From positions 36,828,001 to 36,892,000 of the forward strand of contig OZ231126.1 in NCBI GenBank assembly GCA_965153355.1: 64,000 bases of DNA. The letters are read 5' to 3'. This stretch comes from Flaccisagitta enflata. Its lineage: Eukaryota. The translations under genes were made by a program, and so were the position numbers. This document shows positions 24,532 through 38,552 of this stretch, in pieces. The stretch's first letter is position 1, and each line of letters starts with the position of its first letter. The notes under the pieces were generated by a model. It searched no databases. It saw only the letters and a list, made by a program, of their open reading frames with translations, and was not told where the DNA came from.

Positions 24532-27500
24532 TTATGAGTCCAATTCCAGCCGCACAAGCTTCATGCGGCCCTCGTCACGATCTTTCCATCTTGGCGCCGG
24601 ATGTGAGCCCTCCGGACATGGGCTGACGAACCCTCGACGCCATGACACGTCCTAAGCTCCACCAGTGACGAGGTAGCGTTTCGTCCATGACGATGACCAT
24701 GTCATCAACCGCAAAGTCTCTCTCGGATCTCGACCATTTGCTTCGCGCATGAAGAAGCGACAAATATTCGACCCTCCACGACTTCCAAAATGCATCCACA
24801 CGCGATTGCGCACGCCTCCATTGAATCTTCGCGGAGTCGGCGTCAGAATTGACGCCTTGTTGCACCAGATCCAGAGGGGCATGGCCGGATGTTGATGGAT
24901 TGAGGATATGATTCGGTGTAAGGGCCTCAGAGTCATTTGGATCATCGCTGAGCGCTGTTAGAGGACGGCGATTGAGAATTCCTTCAACTTCGACGACGGC
25001 AGTGTTGAAGGCGTCGACGTGGAGGATGGCGCCAGTCGAGATGGAAGCAAGATGGCGCTTAAAGAGAGCGACGACTCTCCCACACCCTCCATAGTGCTCC
25101 GATAAAATCCCACCGGCGTCGCCGCTGAATTCGGGAGGAGACGAGCGGTTCCAAGCTTCCATTTCCTTCTTGAGGATGTTGTTGGCGCGACTAGATTCGT
25201 TCCACAATCTGATGTGAAACGGCGGATTCCTGTCGCCTTGCTGCAAAGCGGATGATTGCATTTACCATCGCATCGGCTGACATGTTGAAGAGCAATTCCA
25301 CATGGACGGCGCGTGACACGAAACAGGTGAACACTGCGATCCACACCTTGTGATCAGCACGCCCGTTCATTTTTACCATGAAATGCCCCATGACGTCCAA
25401 TCCAGTCTCTGCAAAGACAGGCGCCGGATTGACGCTATGTGATGGAAGATTGGCCATTTGCTGATTTGCTTCTTTTTAAAGTTCTTCTGGCATCTAGCAC
25501 GTGTTGACGACGCTCTTGACGGCCTGAAGACCTTTGTAATCTACACAAATTGGCGTAATTGGCACAATGTATGCTTTGCACCCGCGTGAAAATCATTATG
25601 ATGATAATGGCGAATTAATGATTTCACATTCTCGTCTTTTGGCGGCAGGATGAAGGGAAATTTAGCGTCGTGAGAGATGTCGGCATTCTCCAATCGACTG
25701 CCGACGCGAAGGATGCCGTCGTCGTCGACGAAAGGGTTCAGCTTCCGCATCTCCTTGTTCTTTATGATAAAGTCACGACTGCTTTCTGGCTTGAAGACTT
25801 TTCCCAATTCCAATTGTTCAAGACGTCAACACTGTTGCCGCTGCATTGACTTGACGAGCTGTTTGCGCGCTCTCCTCCACGACGCCTTGCGTCACTTCCG
25901 GTTTGGGAAGGAGATCTTTTGTTGCTCGTGTTTCGCCCTTGGATACGTCTCCACCTTTGACTGCGATGAGAACCATGCCGATAATCCGCACTTTGCATCC
26001 ATTTTCCCGAGAAGCTGTTGTGAAGAAGCATCGCGCCAGCCACTTGTTTCTTTTCACTCTCAGCCGCATACAGAGCGGCGACTTGTGCAGAAATAGGGCA
26101 CGTCGCGATGTTCGTCTTTGGACATTGATCTTCGGGAAGACGCAAAAATGCAGGACCGTGATGGAATTGACACCATTTTTCGGCTTCATGGGCCTGGATG
26201 CCTCTGCTACAGTGGTCCGCCGGGTTGTTTGACGAGTCAACCCAGCGCCACTGTTGAGGATCAGACCCACTGTGGATCTTGGAGAGACGATTGGCGAAGA
26301 ATACAGGCCTCGGTTTTGCCGGATTGTAAATCATCTTCAGTGCAGATTCAGAATCAGACCAAAATCTGACGACTAGATTGTCCAAGTTGATGGTCCTTCC
26401 GACTTGCGTTTGAGCTGCACTGCTTTTTCTGCGGATACAACTCGACACGTGGAACGCTGTTGTGATGAGAAGACGTTTTGATTGAGATGACGTGAGATTT
26501 GGAGGCAAGGAATGAAATGTGAACATCTCCATCTCGATTGACTTGACGTCGATATGCAACTGCTCCATATCCGCCTTTTGGAGCTGCATCGCAAAATAAC
26601 TCGATTGTGACTTCCGCAATGTCGCTATTGTCGACGCCGCCATTCCACCAGCGTTCAATTCGATATTGTTGTAGAAGAGGCCAAGATGAAGTATAGCGGA
26701 AGAAAGATTCCTCGACGCTCTCTTCCAAGGGCGAATCCCATCCCACTTCCTGTGGACGACAGAGTTGAAGATGTCGTCTACCGATGTATGCGCTTGGGCT
26801 CCAAAAACCCAATGGATCGTAAAGTTTCGCTTGCATAGAGACCAATTGACGAGGTGTTTTTGCTCTAAGAGTTTTGAATTCTTCGTCGCAGATGAAAATA
26901 AAGACGTCTTCCGCCGGAAGCCATGAGACGCCCAACACCTTCGTCGGCGCATCATCTTGCTTATCTGAAATGGGAATTGGCACATTTGGATCTCCATCCA
27001 TCAATTGCCGCGCATTGCTTTTCCACTTCACAAGATCCATCCCGCCTTCAGCCATCGCCGCCACTGAATCCACCTTTAGTTGCAGTGCTTCGTCGACCGA
27101 ATCCCCACCCCCACTTCCGTCGTCGACGTAAAAACCATAGCGAATAAGATCGTAGACGTTGTAGGGATATTTGGGCCGGATTACTTCAGCATGCTTTCTG
27201 ACGGTGAAAGACGTGACGAATGAGCTGGATTGGCTACCGAAGACATGTGATAAGAACAGATTCAAAATGGCTTCTCGTAGAGTACGGTCTTTGAACCAAA
27301 AGAATCTGAACAGATCAGCGTCGTCAGGATGGACGCGGATCTGGTGGAAGAACGCCTTTATGTCACACATAAAGGCGATCTTCCACTGACGAAAACGCAT
27401 GAGGATGTCCATTAAGCTATTCATCAAATTTGGACCTCCGACGAGCAAATCATTGAGTGAGATCCCGTCGGTCGCCGCACGCGCATCGTGACATACGCGC

Positions 27501-30500
27501 GTTTTTCCGCGCAGTTCAACAATATGAAGCGGTAAGTACCAGCGCGGTTTCTCAATGCCGTCGTCGTCGTCGACGTTATCAATCTCAATCGCCACTCCCG
27601 TCTCGTAAAACTTCTCGATTTCACGGAAGACTCTTTCTTTGAAGGCTGGATCACGCTTGAAGCGAAAACGTTGATTACCGAGTCGCTTCATCGCAGTTGG
27701 TCGTGATTTCACTCTTCTCAGAATCTCCATGATTTTCTCGTGATGAAATTTCCACGTGACGGGAGCAAAGTACTTTTTCACAATTGGGCAAAAATATGTC
27801 TTTTCCTCTAACGTTTTGCACGCTCTGACATTTTCAAGGGAATCACCCATCTCCTCTTGCGAGACGATTGACGATGCAAAGTCATGGTAGAAGATGCGGT
27901 CAATGTTGCTGTTGAGGACGCGATTGTCGAGGATGCGATCGATATTATCGTTGAGGACGCGGTCATCCGTCGCGATAGCGTTGATCGACGCAATATCTCG
28001 TCCTCTCTTGCCCGTTTTTCCACATACAGTCCAACCGAACAGACATCTGAAGCAAGTCAAAGATCCTGAAGGCCCTCGACGGATTTCTTGAGCGACGGCG
28101 GCATCCGCATGCGCCGCTCCGATGATCATCATCACACCGCCTTCAGCTTCTGGAAATTTTATGCCTTCGATGTGAGGTTGGTCAGATAGGTCGCGGAGAA
28201 AAGGAGGAATGTCGCGTTCACTCGTTAACAAATCACCCACCAATGCGTCGTTGATGTCGACGACATATTCTTCGTCGACCGATTGCATAGTGAATGATGC
28301 GATGAAACGATCCTCAACAACATGACTTCCCACAGTAATCACCGTCATTTGCACTGTTTTTGTTGGAATCAGAAGACTGCGAATGACATTGGTACTGATC
28401 ACGTCGCGATCAGCGCCTGAGTCGATCATAGCGTAAATCGTCCTCTGCGCACCCGAAGAATTGTTTATGATAGTCACTGGAACAATCGGACGGACAACGT
28501 CGAATGAAGAGACGGACCGCGACGTTGCCGTCGCCGCCAGTCATGCCGTGACGTTAGAAGAGATCACCTCCGTAGGATTGGCTGCCTCCGCCGTCGACGG
28601 AGCTGTTGGTGCTGCTGCAGCCGCATCCTCTGACTTTTTGAAGGGAGCCAGCGGTACTTTATTTCCCTGCTTATTTTCCTTTCTTCTCTTCCTTTTCTTC
28701 TTTTCTTATAGGTGCGCCCGTGAGAATCGTTGCGTGCCGCTTCTTGCAGGTTTGGCAAGTCGGTCTGTTCGCGCATCCTTGGCGTTGTGTCCTGCGCGAG
28801 ACAGTGGAAGCAAAGACGACGAGACATGATCTTTTTGACTCTCGCGTCAACTTCCAACTCTAACAGCTGATGACATTCTTCTGTCTGATGCATTCCACTG
28901 CAGACGTTGCAGCGGTCCGTCGACTGCGTCTTTTGCTTGCCATTGGTCAAAGCATCTTCATATGATGATGGCGCTTCTTTCTCTGTAGTTGCGACTGCTG
29001 CCACTGATGCTGTTTTGCAGCTTGCGCCTTTGTTGCGCTGAATCACCGCCCATGTCTCGATCATATTGACCAAGTTGTCGAATGAAAATAATTGTCCATT
29101 TTGGGCTGCTTCATGTTGCTTTTCCCAGAATTTATCTGCAAGATGAGGGACCCTCTTGTTGAGGATCTCCTGCAGCAGCTCGTCACGATAGCATTGTTGC
29201 ACTTCTCCACAGGTCCTCGCAATCTTCTTTGCCTTTTGCAACCTTGCAGACAAATTGAAATGCCTTGCATGGTCGGCCGACTGGATCTTCGCCTCCGCGA
29301 CGATTTCGTTGAACAGCGCCGCAATGTTGCAGCGCCTCGCCATGAAGACGACGTCCATTTTTGCAAAGGCGTCGTCAATTTCTCCTCTTGCTGTCGCTTC
29401 AGTTGCATCAATCGTCGCAGTTTCTATGATCTCTTTTGCCGGACCAGCAAACCACTTAGGCAATTCCAATAAGATGTCCATTTGCGTCAAGCCCTCATGC
29501 TTCTCAGCATCTTTGAACTTCCTCTTCCACATCATAAAGTCGGTGGATGAAAGCTCCTGCAGAGGCTTCTCAGGTCTTGCTCTCTCCAACGCTTTGAGGC
29601 CGACCTCCCTTGCTCGCATGAGATCATTGTACGTCGCTCTTTCCAAAAACCTGTCCAGAGCTGGATTGTTGGGCATCTGAACATGGACTTCCGGTTGACG
29701 GGCTACTTGATGATGCTCCACTTGATGATACGCTGGGGGTTGTTGGATGAAGGCATATTGACCCCCGACTTTTACCGGAGATCTCTTTTTGGTGGTTTTT
29801 ACACTCCACCCAACTTCCTCTTGCTGATTCACTTGTTGTTGACGATCATCTTGATGGAATCTGGGAGCATCAAAATCTTGGCGGACGTACTGTCGCTGTT
29901 GTTGTTCTTCTTTTGTTCCTCTTCTGCTCGCTGCGGCAAGGTCAAAGTCTCTCTGCTGAATCTGCATCTTCAAACTATCCACTTCTTGGCAAAACGTTGA
30001 TTCTGCTGGATGACTTCATTGAGGCGTCGTTAGAGGCGCTTGCGCTACTTTCGGCGCCTTTGGCTGCAATCCACTCGTTGTCTTCTTGGGAGCGACTTTT
30101 CTTCTTTCTTTATCTTGCAGCTGCTGGGCCAACTTCGCGTCAGCGGCCTCTTGCTTCTGCCTCCTGCGCATTGCCTCCGTCGCATCACCTCCGCTTCCGG
30201 CTGTGTTGAAGACCTTTTCCTCTTGATGGGGAAGACCAGTCTCCCTTCTAGCAGAACCAATCTGCTTCTCGAAGATCACTTCCGGTGCGGTAGGGAGAAT
30301 CGTTGCTGCTGGGGTTTGATGATGCTGATCCTGATGCTGTTGCTGTTGTTGAAGCCGTTGCTGCTGCCACTGTTGATGTCGAAGCTGCTGTTGCTGGTCA
30401 GGACGCTGTTGCTGTTCATTCTGCTGCTGCAGTTGACGCTGGCGCTGTCCTTGCTGCTGCTGCTCCAACTGTTGCTGCTGCTGCATCGGCTGCTTGACGG

Positions 30501-32300
30501 ACGTTTCCACTGACTGCACATGACGCTGCTGTATGTTCGGATTGAACAATCCCGGATTGAAATTTCTGAAGATAGATCGACGGTCTTTTGGCGGATGCTG
30601 CGGCTGCTGCTGGTCCAGCTCAGACAGTTGTCTAAGCTTCACATCCCGCTGCTCTAAAGCTCCACCAATGCCGCCGTCGTTCAGGCTATTCCAGTGCTTT
30701 CGTTGCATTTCTGCCGCATTGTTGAATACTCCTGCTCTTCTATCTTCATCTCGTTGCTGCTGCTGGCGAAAGTTACACATTCTGTCATATAACTCTTTGT
30801 CTTCTTGTGATGAGCTTCGCTGTTGGAATCCCAATGGCACCGCGATCGGCGCCTTTGGAGCTGTTGCTGCACCACCACCTTCACCTTCAGCCATCATGCG
30901 CAGACGTTGATCTGCAAGGCGTTGCTGTCTCTCTTCTTCTGTCTCCTCACTGACGTTCATGCTTTCGACAAGATGGTTGTTTGAAGCTGGAGGATCCACT
31001 ACCACCGCTGGGATTGCGGCGGAAGGTTGCTGTTGCTGCTGCTGTTGCTGTTGCGTATTTTCTCCTGCATCGTTTTGCCGCTGTTGTTGTTGTTCGTGCG
31101 GCTGCATTGCCGTTTGTCGCAGCTCTTGTTGTTGTTGCTGTTGTTGCTGCTGTTGATCTTGTTGTTGTTGTTGTTGAGCGCCGGCTGCAGGATCTTGTTG
31201 ACAAAATTGTTGGAGTTGCTGCAACTGCTGCTGCTGCAACAGCTCTTGCCGCTGCCGTTGAGCCGCCGCTTTGCTGCTGCTCCTGTGGTCGGTGGAGTTG
31301 ACGCTGTTGGAGTTGCTGCTGCTGCATCTGCAATTGATGCTGCTGCTGTTGCTCCTGTTGCTGTCGCTGCTCCTCCTCCCGTTGTTGCTGCTGCATATCG
31401 TCAATCAGCCGACGGCCTTGTCGCATTTCCTCCTCCAACTGCCTGCCCCATCTGTCTCTCTCAGCACTCTTGCTGACTAAGCTGCCGCTCGCCCTCTCCT
31501 GCGGCGTCAATCCGTTGATGATCCCGCGGCCTCTTGCATGAGCGCCGGGCGTCGTCGAGATCCGCAAGCATGCCGTCAGCTTGCTCCATCGGAGACGCAC
31601 GCGCAGGTTCAATTTCCGAGACCAAATCTGATACCCATTGATTGACGGCATCTCCTCTTTGGATCGGCGGCAGATTTAAAATTGGCCGCCAGTTGGAGAT
31701 TGCGCACCATGTCGCGGGACCGGAAGTGGTAGATACTCGGATCTGTCGGGGTTTGGCGAAGACGTTCGCATCCTTGGAGTCGGAGCGCCGGTAACATTGT
31801 CACGGGCGGCGTGGGTGTCTGCTGGGAGACTGTTCCATGAGAATTCATTGACGGGTCTTTTGCGATTCCCAATGTCATTATGCACTGCGTTCACAATGTC
31901 GGCGCAGAAGGAAAACCCTCTGATAGTTTTCACGATCAAAGAAACGCATAGAGTCCCATTCGCGCCGGATTCGACGCAAAGAAGACGCCGCGAATCGAAG
32001 AGGGTCGCCGGGCATCGAGTCGAGCGCCATTTGCCTTGCATACGATATAAAGTCGAGACCATATCCCGAAGGCCGTGCCGAGCGCCATCCGATTCACAGG
32101 CGGCGTCGTCGAAGTCGTTCTCCTTCGGTGCAAGTAGAAACGGCGCCGAAAAGGCGCCGGCATCCTTCCATTTCCGCAGTGATGTCGTTCCTCATTGCGC
32201 GCAAACGATTCGACCTCGGACACTGATTCAAACCGAAGTGAGATACACGAGATGACGTTGAAGCAGTCGAGACGGTGTCGTCGCTACGCGCGGCTGCCAT
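24532..32300 (-). CDS. BEL/Pao gag-pol polyprotein (frameshifted in this assembly)
   Basis: ATG at 32300; Q-rich Gag; Cys/His knuckles CNVCSGMHQTEEC and CFHCL; protease AMIDSGAD; RT DIKAFFHQI, HVFG, YVDDG; RNase H FCDAA, LASKSHV, PRVEL, WSDS; integrase GLDVMG and EVEGILNRRPLT; C-terminal W..EYL..L and KLVRLELDS stop at 24532. Confidence 0.93.
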
Positions 32301-32363
32301 TGTCCAATTTCGCTTTCGGAGGTCGAAGATGAAAAGAATCGAGTCGTTTTTAAATTGTTGAAA

Positions 32364-33273
32364 TATAAGTTACGCCCACGAGTTTCAACTGGCACTGTCT
32401 ATGAGCGTCTATCTGACTGACGACTTGTGGTGAAAGAAAGTTGGCCGATTGGAAAATAGGAAGGCGATCGTCTCGTTTATTCCATAAAAATTTCAACAAC
32501 TGAAGAGAGGGGGAAAAATGAAAGGAAAAGTGGGCGTTAATTGTGATCAGCAAACGCAAAAGATAACATGAAATCGAGATAGGACACAATAAAGGACAGA
32601 AACAGCACATGACAACATGTTCATCTTCTCAGAGCCCATGCCACCTGATAATACCTGCCCCTGCCCCGGCCCATCCTATTAATTCATCCATATCATCCCT
32701 ATAGCAAGCTGATCGGGCAAGCGATAAAACCATACTAAAATCCGGCGATAAAAATGCAAAAGGGCAAAAGACAAAATAACAGACCGGAGGACAAAATAAA
32801 AACAACGATAATAAAAGCAAACACGCGTCTATAAAACTTACTTTTAGGCCCACTTTCGTTGGTTTCAACCCACAGTCTGTCGAAGTCAAATTAACGTTAA
32901 TTGTCCGTTCATTAGTTTATCTGCAATAAAAAGATGAGAGATTATTGAAATTAGTGAATTCCAAGGGCGCATTCAAACGATCACAAAAAATCAATCAATC
33001 ACTTTAAGAAGCAATGCCGCAAATAAATAAAATCAATCAATCCAAAAATTGGATGATACGAAAGACGAGATACGTATGTTCGCCTACGTAATAAAAACAA
33101 ATGGCACAAAATACAAGGCGCAACCATATGGTTACCCATCTAGCGTTCAATATAAAAAATGGCGAGAAACAAAAGACGCGGCATTGAATGATCGAAGAAG
33201 AGAAAAAGCCAAAAGCACGCAAAAGAGACAAAAGCACACATACCTAAAGACGGACGGACATACATTTCTAACA
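32364..33273 (-). repeat. 5' LTR of the BEL/Pao element (may extend to 32356 if the true end is ...TTTCAACA)
   Basis: Direct repeat of 20127-21035. Contains an Inr-like TCAGTT (A at 32501) and a minus-strand AATAAA at 32481-32476. Confidence 0.93.
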
Positions 33274-33431
33274 CACGTGGATGGTCTTTTGACCTGGATC
33301 ACCGACGATCGACCTATCAGTGACAGCTCAGCGGCAGATCAGCGGCAGATCACCGGCAGTTTATAGGAAGATCAATGGCAGATCAAGGAAAGATCATGGG
33401 CAGATCAAGGGAAGATCATCGCCAGATTCTA

Positions 33432-34041
33432 CTATCTAGGAAATAATTATGGAATCAACTTCTACCTAAAATATCTTAGCTTTCAAAAAAGCTAGATAAC
33501 TTTTTTAAAAAAACAAATTAATCTACATCAAAAAATCTTCAGGATGAGAGCAATCTGGTCTCTGTAGCTCAAACCGTTTAGAAATGGCAAGCAAAAGAGT
33601 GAAAACTTTCATTTCCAAAATGGGTAAAAATATTGAAAATAAAAGATAGAAAAAATTAGGGACATCTTTTTCTTGAAATATCTCCACTTCTAGAAAACCA
33701 AACAACTTTTTATAAAAAAGCAAATTAATCTACATCGAAAAATCTTCAAGATGAGCGCAATCTGGTTTCAGTGACTTTAATCGTTTAGAAATGACAAGCA
33801 AAACCTTGGAAACACTCCATTAAACAAAAAGCTGGCAATAACCACTCACAGATGACATAACAAGACCTTGCTTAACTGTATGAAAATCTTTACAGAACGC
33901 CCCCCACCTGCAAAACTGTAGATATTAGTTGACATAAATGTCACTTGAGGTGCTCATCCTATTAGCATCATGATTTTAATAAAATTTTAATGGATAAATC
34001 AAATTGCCACCTTTTTGATTCCATAATTATTTCCTAGATAG
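33432..34041. mobile_element. TIR MITE with TA target duplication (Tc1/mariner-like)
   Basis: Perfect ~27-bp TIR ctatctaggaaataattatggaatcaa, flanked by TA at 33430-33431 and 34042-34043. Internal partial duplication with ~205-bp spacing. Confidence 0.85.
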
Positions 34042-34815
34042 TATCAGATCATCCGCCTTCGAAGCGATGGACGATTGTAAAGCCAGATGAGAGAAACGCC
34101 TCCTTTGCAATGCAAAGTTTGCAAATAACAAGTCCAAAGCTGGCAAACCAACTTACGCCTCTTTTTGAATCTTTTCATGCTTGAACTCCTTTTATGCGCT
34201 TGTGTGTATTTACACTCGTCTTTTTTTCATGGTGTGTGTGTGTGCGATTTTCCGTCTTTCAGTCTTTCGGTCTATCTGCCCATTGTCATTCATTGAGATT
34301 CAATGTCGAAAACCCATTTCAACCTCGTGATATGCACTTAGTGATTTACGTTCTGTACTTTTCTCCCTTTGAACCGTTATCGGTAATTCTACGTTGTCTA
34401 TTGAAGAAAACTGAATACGTTTTTTTCAGGCCAAGTATACCATGTTACATACTATCACATAAACGCACGCAATTGTAACGAGATACGTCATATATCATCT
34501 TTGCTCGAATGAAATTGTTCTCTGCATCTGGTTCTAATAACTGCCATTCATAAATTTTCCCATCGTTAAAAGAATGATTGACGGCGATATCCAATTTTGA
34601 ACGCATTGACCACCGCAAAGAGGTCTTAAGGCCGATCAGGTCGACGAGGTGAGACCAATATTTCAAATTTATAAATTGATGGAAAGGGAATTCAAAGTTA
34701 TGAAACGTAAGGATGAAGACGATAAACCCAGGGATCTAGGAGGCAGAACGAGGGAGCGCCTTATATCCTTTCGTTATTCCACATCACTGATCGCAATTGC
34801 GGAACAATTAATTGG

Positions 34816-35462
<647 letters not shown>

Positions 35463-35819
35463 GGAAGCAAACAAAGAAACAAAGAATTAATGCAAAAGAA
35501 AAGAAAACGGCAAAAATATTGTTAGAAAGTCAAAGACGTGAAAGGAGCATTTTTGGGTGTTTAAGTAGTTTTAAGTCATTTCAAGCCATTTTGGGACATT
35601 TCCTGTAATTTTTGGTCATTTGACATCATTTTTGGTATGTTTTGGTCATTTATGTCATTTTGTTCATTTTGATCATTTAACTCATTTTTGTCTTTTCTTA
35701 TTTCTTGTCATAATAGGTCTTCTTTGGATATTATGGGTCACTTTGGGTCATTGTAGGTCATTTTAGGTCATCTTGAGTCGTCATGGGTCCGGGCTGGGGA
35801 CTCCATCTTTTGTCATTTT

Positions 35820-36865
35820 TTGGTCTGCTATAAGTCTGCTTTAAGTCTGGTTTGAGTCTGGTTTAAGTCTTGGTTTGAGTCTGGTTTGATTTGGTTTAAG
35901 TCTGGTTTAAGTCTGGTTTAAGAATGGTCCTGGTTTAAGTCTGGATTTGAGAAAGTCTGGTTTTAAGTCTGGTTGAAGTTTGGTGCACAGGCCTGGTGTA
36001 AGCCTGCTGTAAGTCTGGTGTAAGTCTGGTTTAAGTCTGATTTAAGTCTGATTTAAGAGTTGGGATGAGTCTGGATTAAGTCTGGTTTAAGTCTGAACAA
36101 TTGTGGTGTAAGTGTGGTGTAAGTGTGGTGTAAGTGTGGTATAAGTGTGGTGTAAGTGTGGTGTAAGTGTGGTGTAGTCTGGTTTAAGTCTGGTTTGAGT
36201 GGATTAAGTCTGGTTTAAGTCTGGTTATAGTCTGGTTTGAGTCTGGTTTGAGTCTGGTTTGAGTCTGGTTTGAGTCTTGATTGAGTCCGGATGGAGTCTG
36301 GTTTGAATCTGGTTTGAGTCTTGTTTGAGTCTGGTTTGAGTCCGGCTTGAGTCTGGCTTGAGTCTGGTTTAAGTCTGGTTTGAGTCTGGTTTAAGACTGG
36401 TTTATGTCTGGTTTATGTCTGATTGATGTCTGGTTTGAGTCTGGTTTAGGTCTGGTTTTATGTCTGATTCACGTCTGATTAAGGTCTGGTTTATGTCTGG
36501 TTTAGGTCTGGTTTAGGTCTGGTTTAGGTCTGGTTTAGGTCTGGTTTAGGTCTGGTTTAGGTCTAGTTTAGGTCTGGTTTAATTCTGGTTTAATTCTGGA
36601 TTGAGTCTGGTTTTAGTCTGGTTTGAGTCTGGTTTGAACCTGGATTGAGTCTGGTTTGAGTCTGGTTTGAGTCTGGTTTGAGTCTGGTTTGAGTCTGGTT
36701 TGAACCTGGATTGAGTCTGGATTGAGTCTGGTTTGAGTATGGATTCAGTCTGGTTTGAGTCCGGTTTGAGTCTGGTTTGAGTCTGGTTTGAGTCTGGTTT
36801 GAGTCTGGTTTGAGTCTGGTTTGAGTCTGGTTTGGGTCTGGTTTGGGTCAGGTTTAAGCCTGATT
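35820..36865. repeat. 11-bp minisatellite (gagtctggttt)n with aagtgtggtgt and aggtctggttt sub-blocks
   Basis: About 90 degenerate tandem units read directly. Confidence 0.95.
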
Positions 36866-37104
36866 TTTGATAAAAAGATACAATAAGGAGTCACGTCAGT
36901 TCAGGTATTTTTGTCCTGCACGCGACTTATAGGTGTTGGCCTTGTTTTTTCTTTTCTGATTTATTTAACTATCTTAATCAAAGCAAAAAGTTACACAAGT
37001 GACTTTGTTTGATGGTTTGTTTAATGGACACCACAAATCAACGCATTACGGAAATGTGCGAATCTGCATCAATTTGCGATCGTCATTCGCAGGGGGGCAC
37101 GCTA

Positions 37105-37878
37105 ATTTTAGCCACTTGAAAAAAGCCAGATTAAACCGGTTGGATTAAATTGGCTTTTTTCAAACGATTTTTGAAAAAAGCCGGCTAAAATTGGCTTTTT
37201 TCAAAATTTTTTTGTAAAATCACCAAAAATCCAAAATTTCCCAAGAACCTAGTTTTTTTTCAACGAATTTTATTTTTTGCCTGACATCAGAACAGCTGTG
37301 CTACCATTTGTTTTCCTCTCAAAATCATACACCTCTTTTTTTTTTGTTTTCCTCTCAAAATCAAACACCTCTTTTTTTCTCTTTAACCATCGGTGTTGCC
37401 AGTGGCAGGGGAAAATTCAATCTTTTTTTTCAAAAATGCGCCTTATCGATATATCATTAAATTCATCATATTTGATATTTTATTAATTTAATCATGAATT
37501 GCACCACGAATCACGATCTGATCATTTCCCTGATCATATCCCTGATCATATCCCTGATCATATCCCTGATCATATCCCTGATCATATCCCTGATCATTTC
37601 CCTGATCATTTCTCATAGGATTGATCAGGTGAGAAACATCCAAAGGTGACTGCAGCTCCAACTTTTATTGATTCCATTGCTAACAAGGTCAAGTATAGCT
37701 TTTTTCTCATCTAGCACTATATATCAACATTATTTTATCATATTTATACTGATTGCTACTAGTGCTATCACTTCCACGGCGCATTTTTGAAAAAATCCGG
37801 CGTTTGAAAAAACACAGGATTTTAGCCGGTTTAATCCATTTTAGCCGGCTAAAATAGGCTTTTTTCAAAAAAGTGGCT
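37105..37878. mobile_element. MITE-like element with degenerate terminal inverted repeats and an internal (ccctgatcatat)n repeat
   Basis: agccacttgaaaaaagcc...ggattaaa on the left versus tttaatcc...ggcttttttcaaaaaagtggct on the right. 12-bp tandem repeat at 37520-37615. Confidence 0.55.
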
Positions 37879-38112
37879 TTTTAGTCGCGTGCTACGCGAC
37901 TCTACACCCCGCTTTGTCGGTCGGTCTGTTGGTCCATCGGTCCGTCGATCCGTGCAGTCCGTCGATCCGTCCGTCACACTACTTTTTTTTGGGTTTTTGC
38001 GGACTTTTGTCGGTTCCACCCAAATGATGGAGGTGACATAAAACCTAGTGACCTTTCCTGTCAACACCCCTGACCACATGCAACTAGGGTAGCCGTGTAT
38101 CCGGCCTTGGTT
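37878..38112 (+). mobile_element. HINE/DINE-1-like element, family A
   Basis: ttttagtcgcgtgctacgcgactct hairpin, (gtcc/gtcg)n core, gccgtgtatccggccttg end. Confidence 0.7.
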
Positions 38113-38552
38113 ACCAACCCAGGTCACTTTTCAAAGGATCTTTTTCTTTGATGCGCAATTATGACACCCCTGACACTCTGTACACCTTGAAAAGCTCTTT
38201 AATGCCTTCTCTGCAACTTGCCGCCCAGAATCTTGGCCCCGAACTTACGCCAAACATCCAAATAAAGAGTTGGCGCAGAATAATGTGCACGGCAATTTGT
38301 GAAAAAGGTCGTTAACAAGTCAAGAACTACGTCTATCAATCAAATTCAATCAAATTCAATCAAATAAAGCGATATCTGCATGTATATCTTTTGAAGTTTT
38401 ATCACTTTCTAAAAGATATATCGAAACACGGAATGAGCAAAAAATCGTCTATGACAATTTTTTTTCGCTTGATCACCAACTTAAATAGTCGCAAAAGCGT
38501 CAGAAGGTCAGCGGTAGCCGTGCCCTGCCTGAGTAGGTTGTGCTTGAAGTTG

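Larger units (their letters stand above)
20127..33273 (-). mobile_element. Full-length BEL/Pao LTR retrotransposon (~13.1 kb)
   Basis: Two near-identical ~910-bp direct repeats, a 5-bp TSD CACGT (20122-20126 and 33274-33278), and domain order Gag-PR-RT-RH-IN with BEL/Pao-type motifs. Confidence 0.95.

Noticed and set aside
30040-31480. Plus-strand poly-Leu, poly-Cys and poly-Ala ORFs
   Set aside because: Antisense shadows of the Gag polyglutamine tracts.
24532-32300. Calling gag-pol a pseudogene or invoking programmed frameshifting
   Set aside because: Indels are also frequent between the LTR copies and satellite monomers, consistent with sequencing error. This cannot be decided without polishing.
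34300-34670. Possible exon near 34445-34666
   Set aside because: Stops interrupt the candidate frames and no recognisable motif was found.
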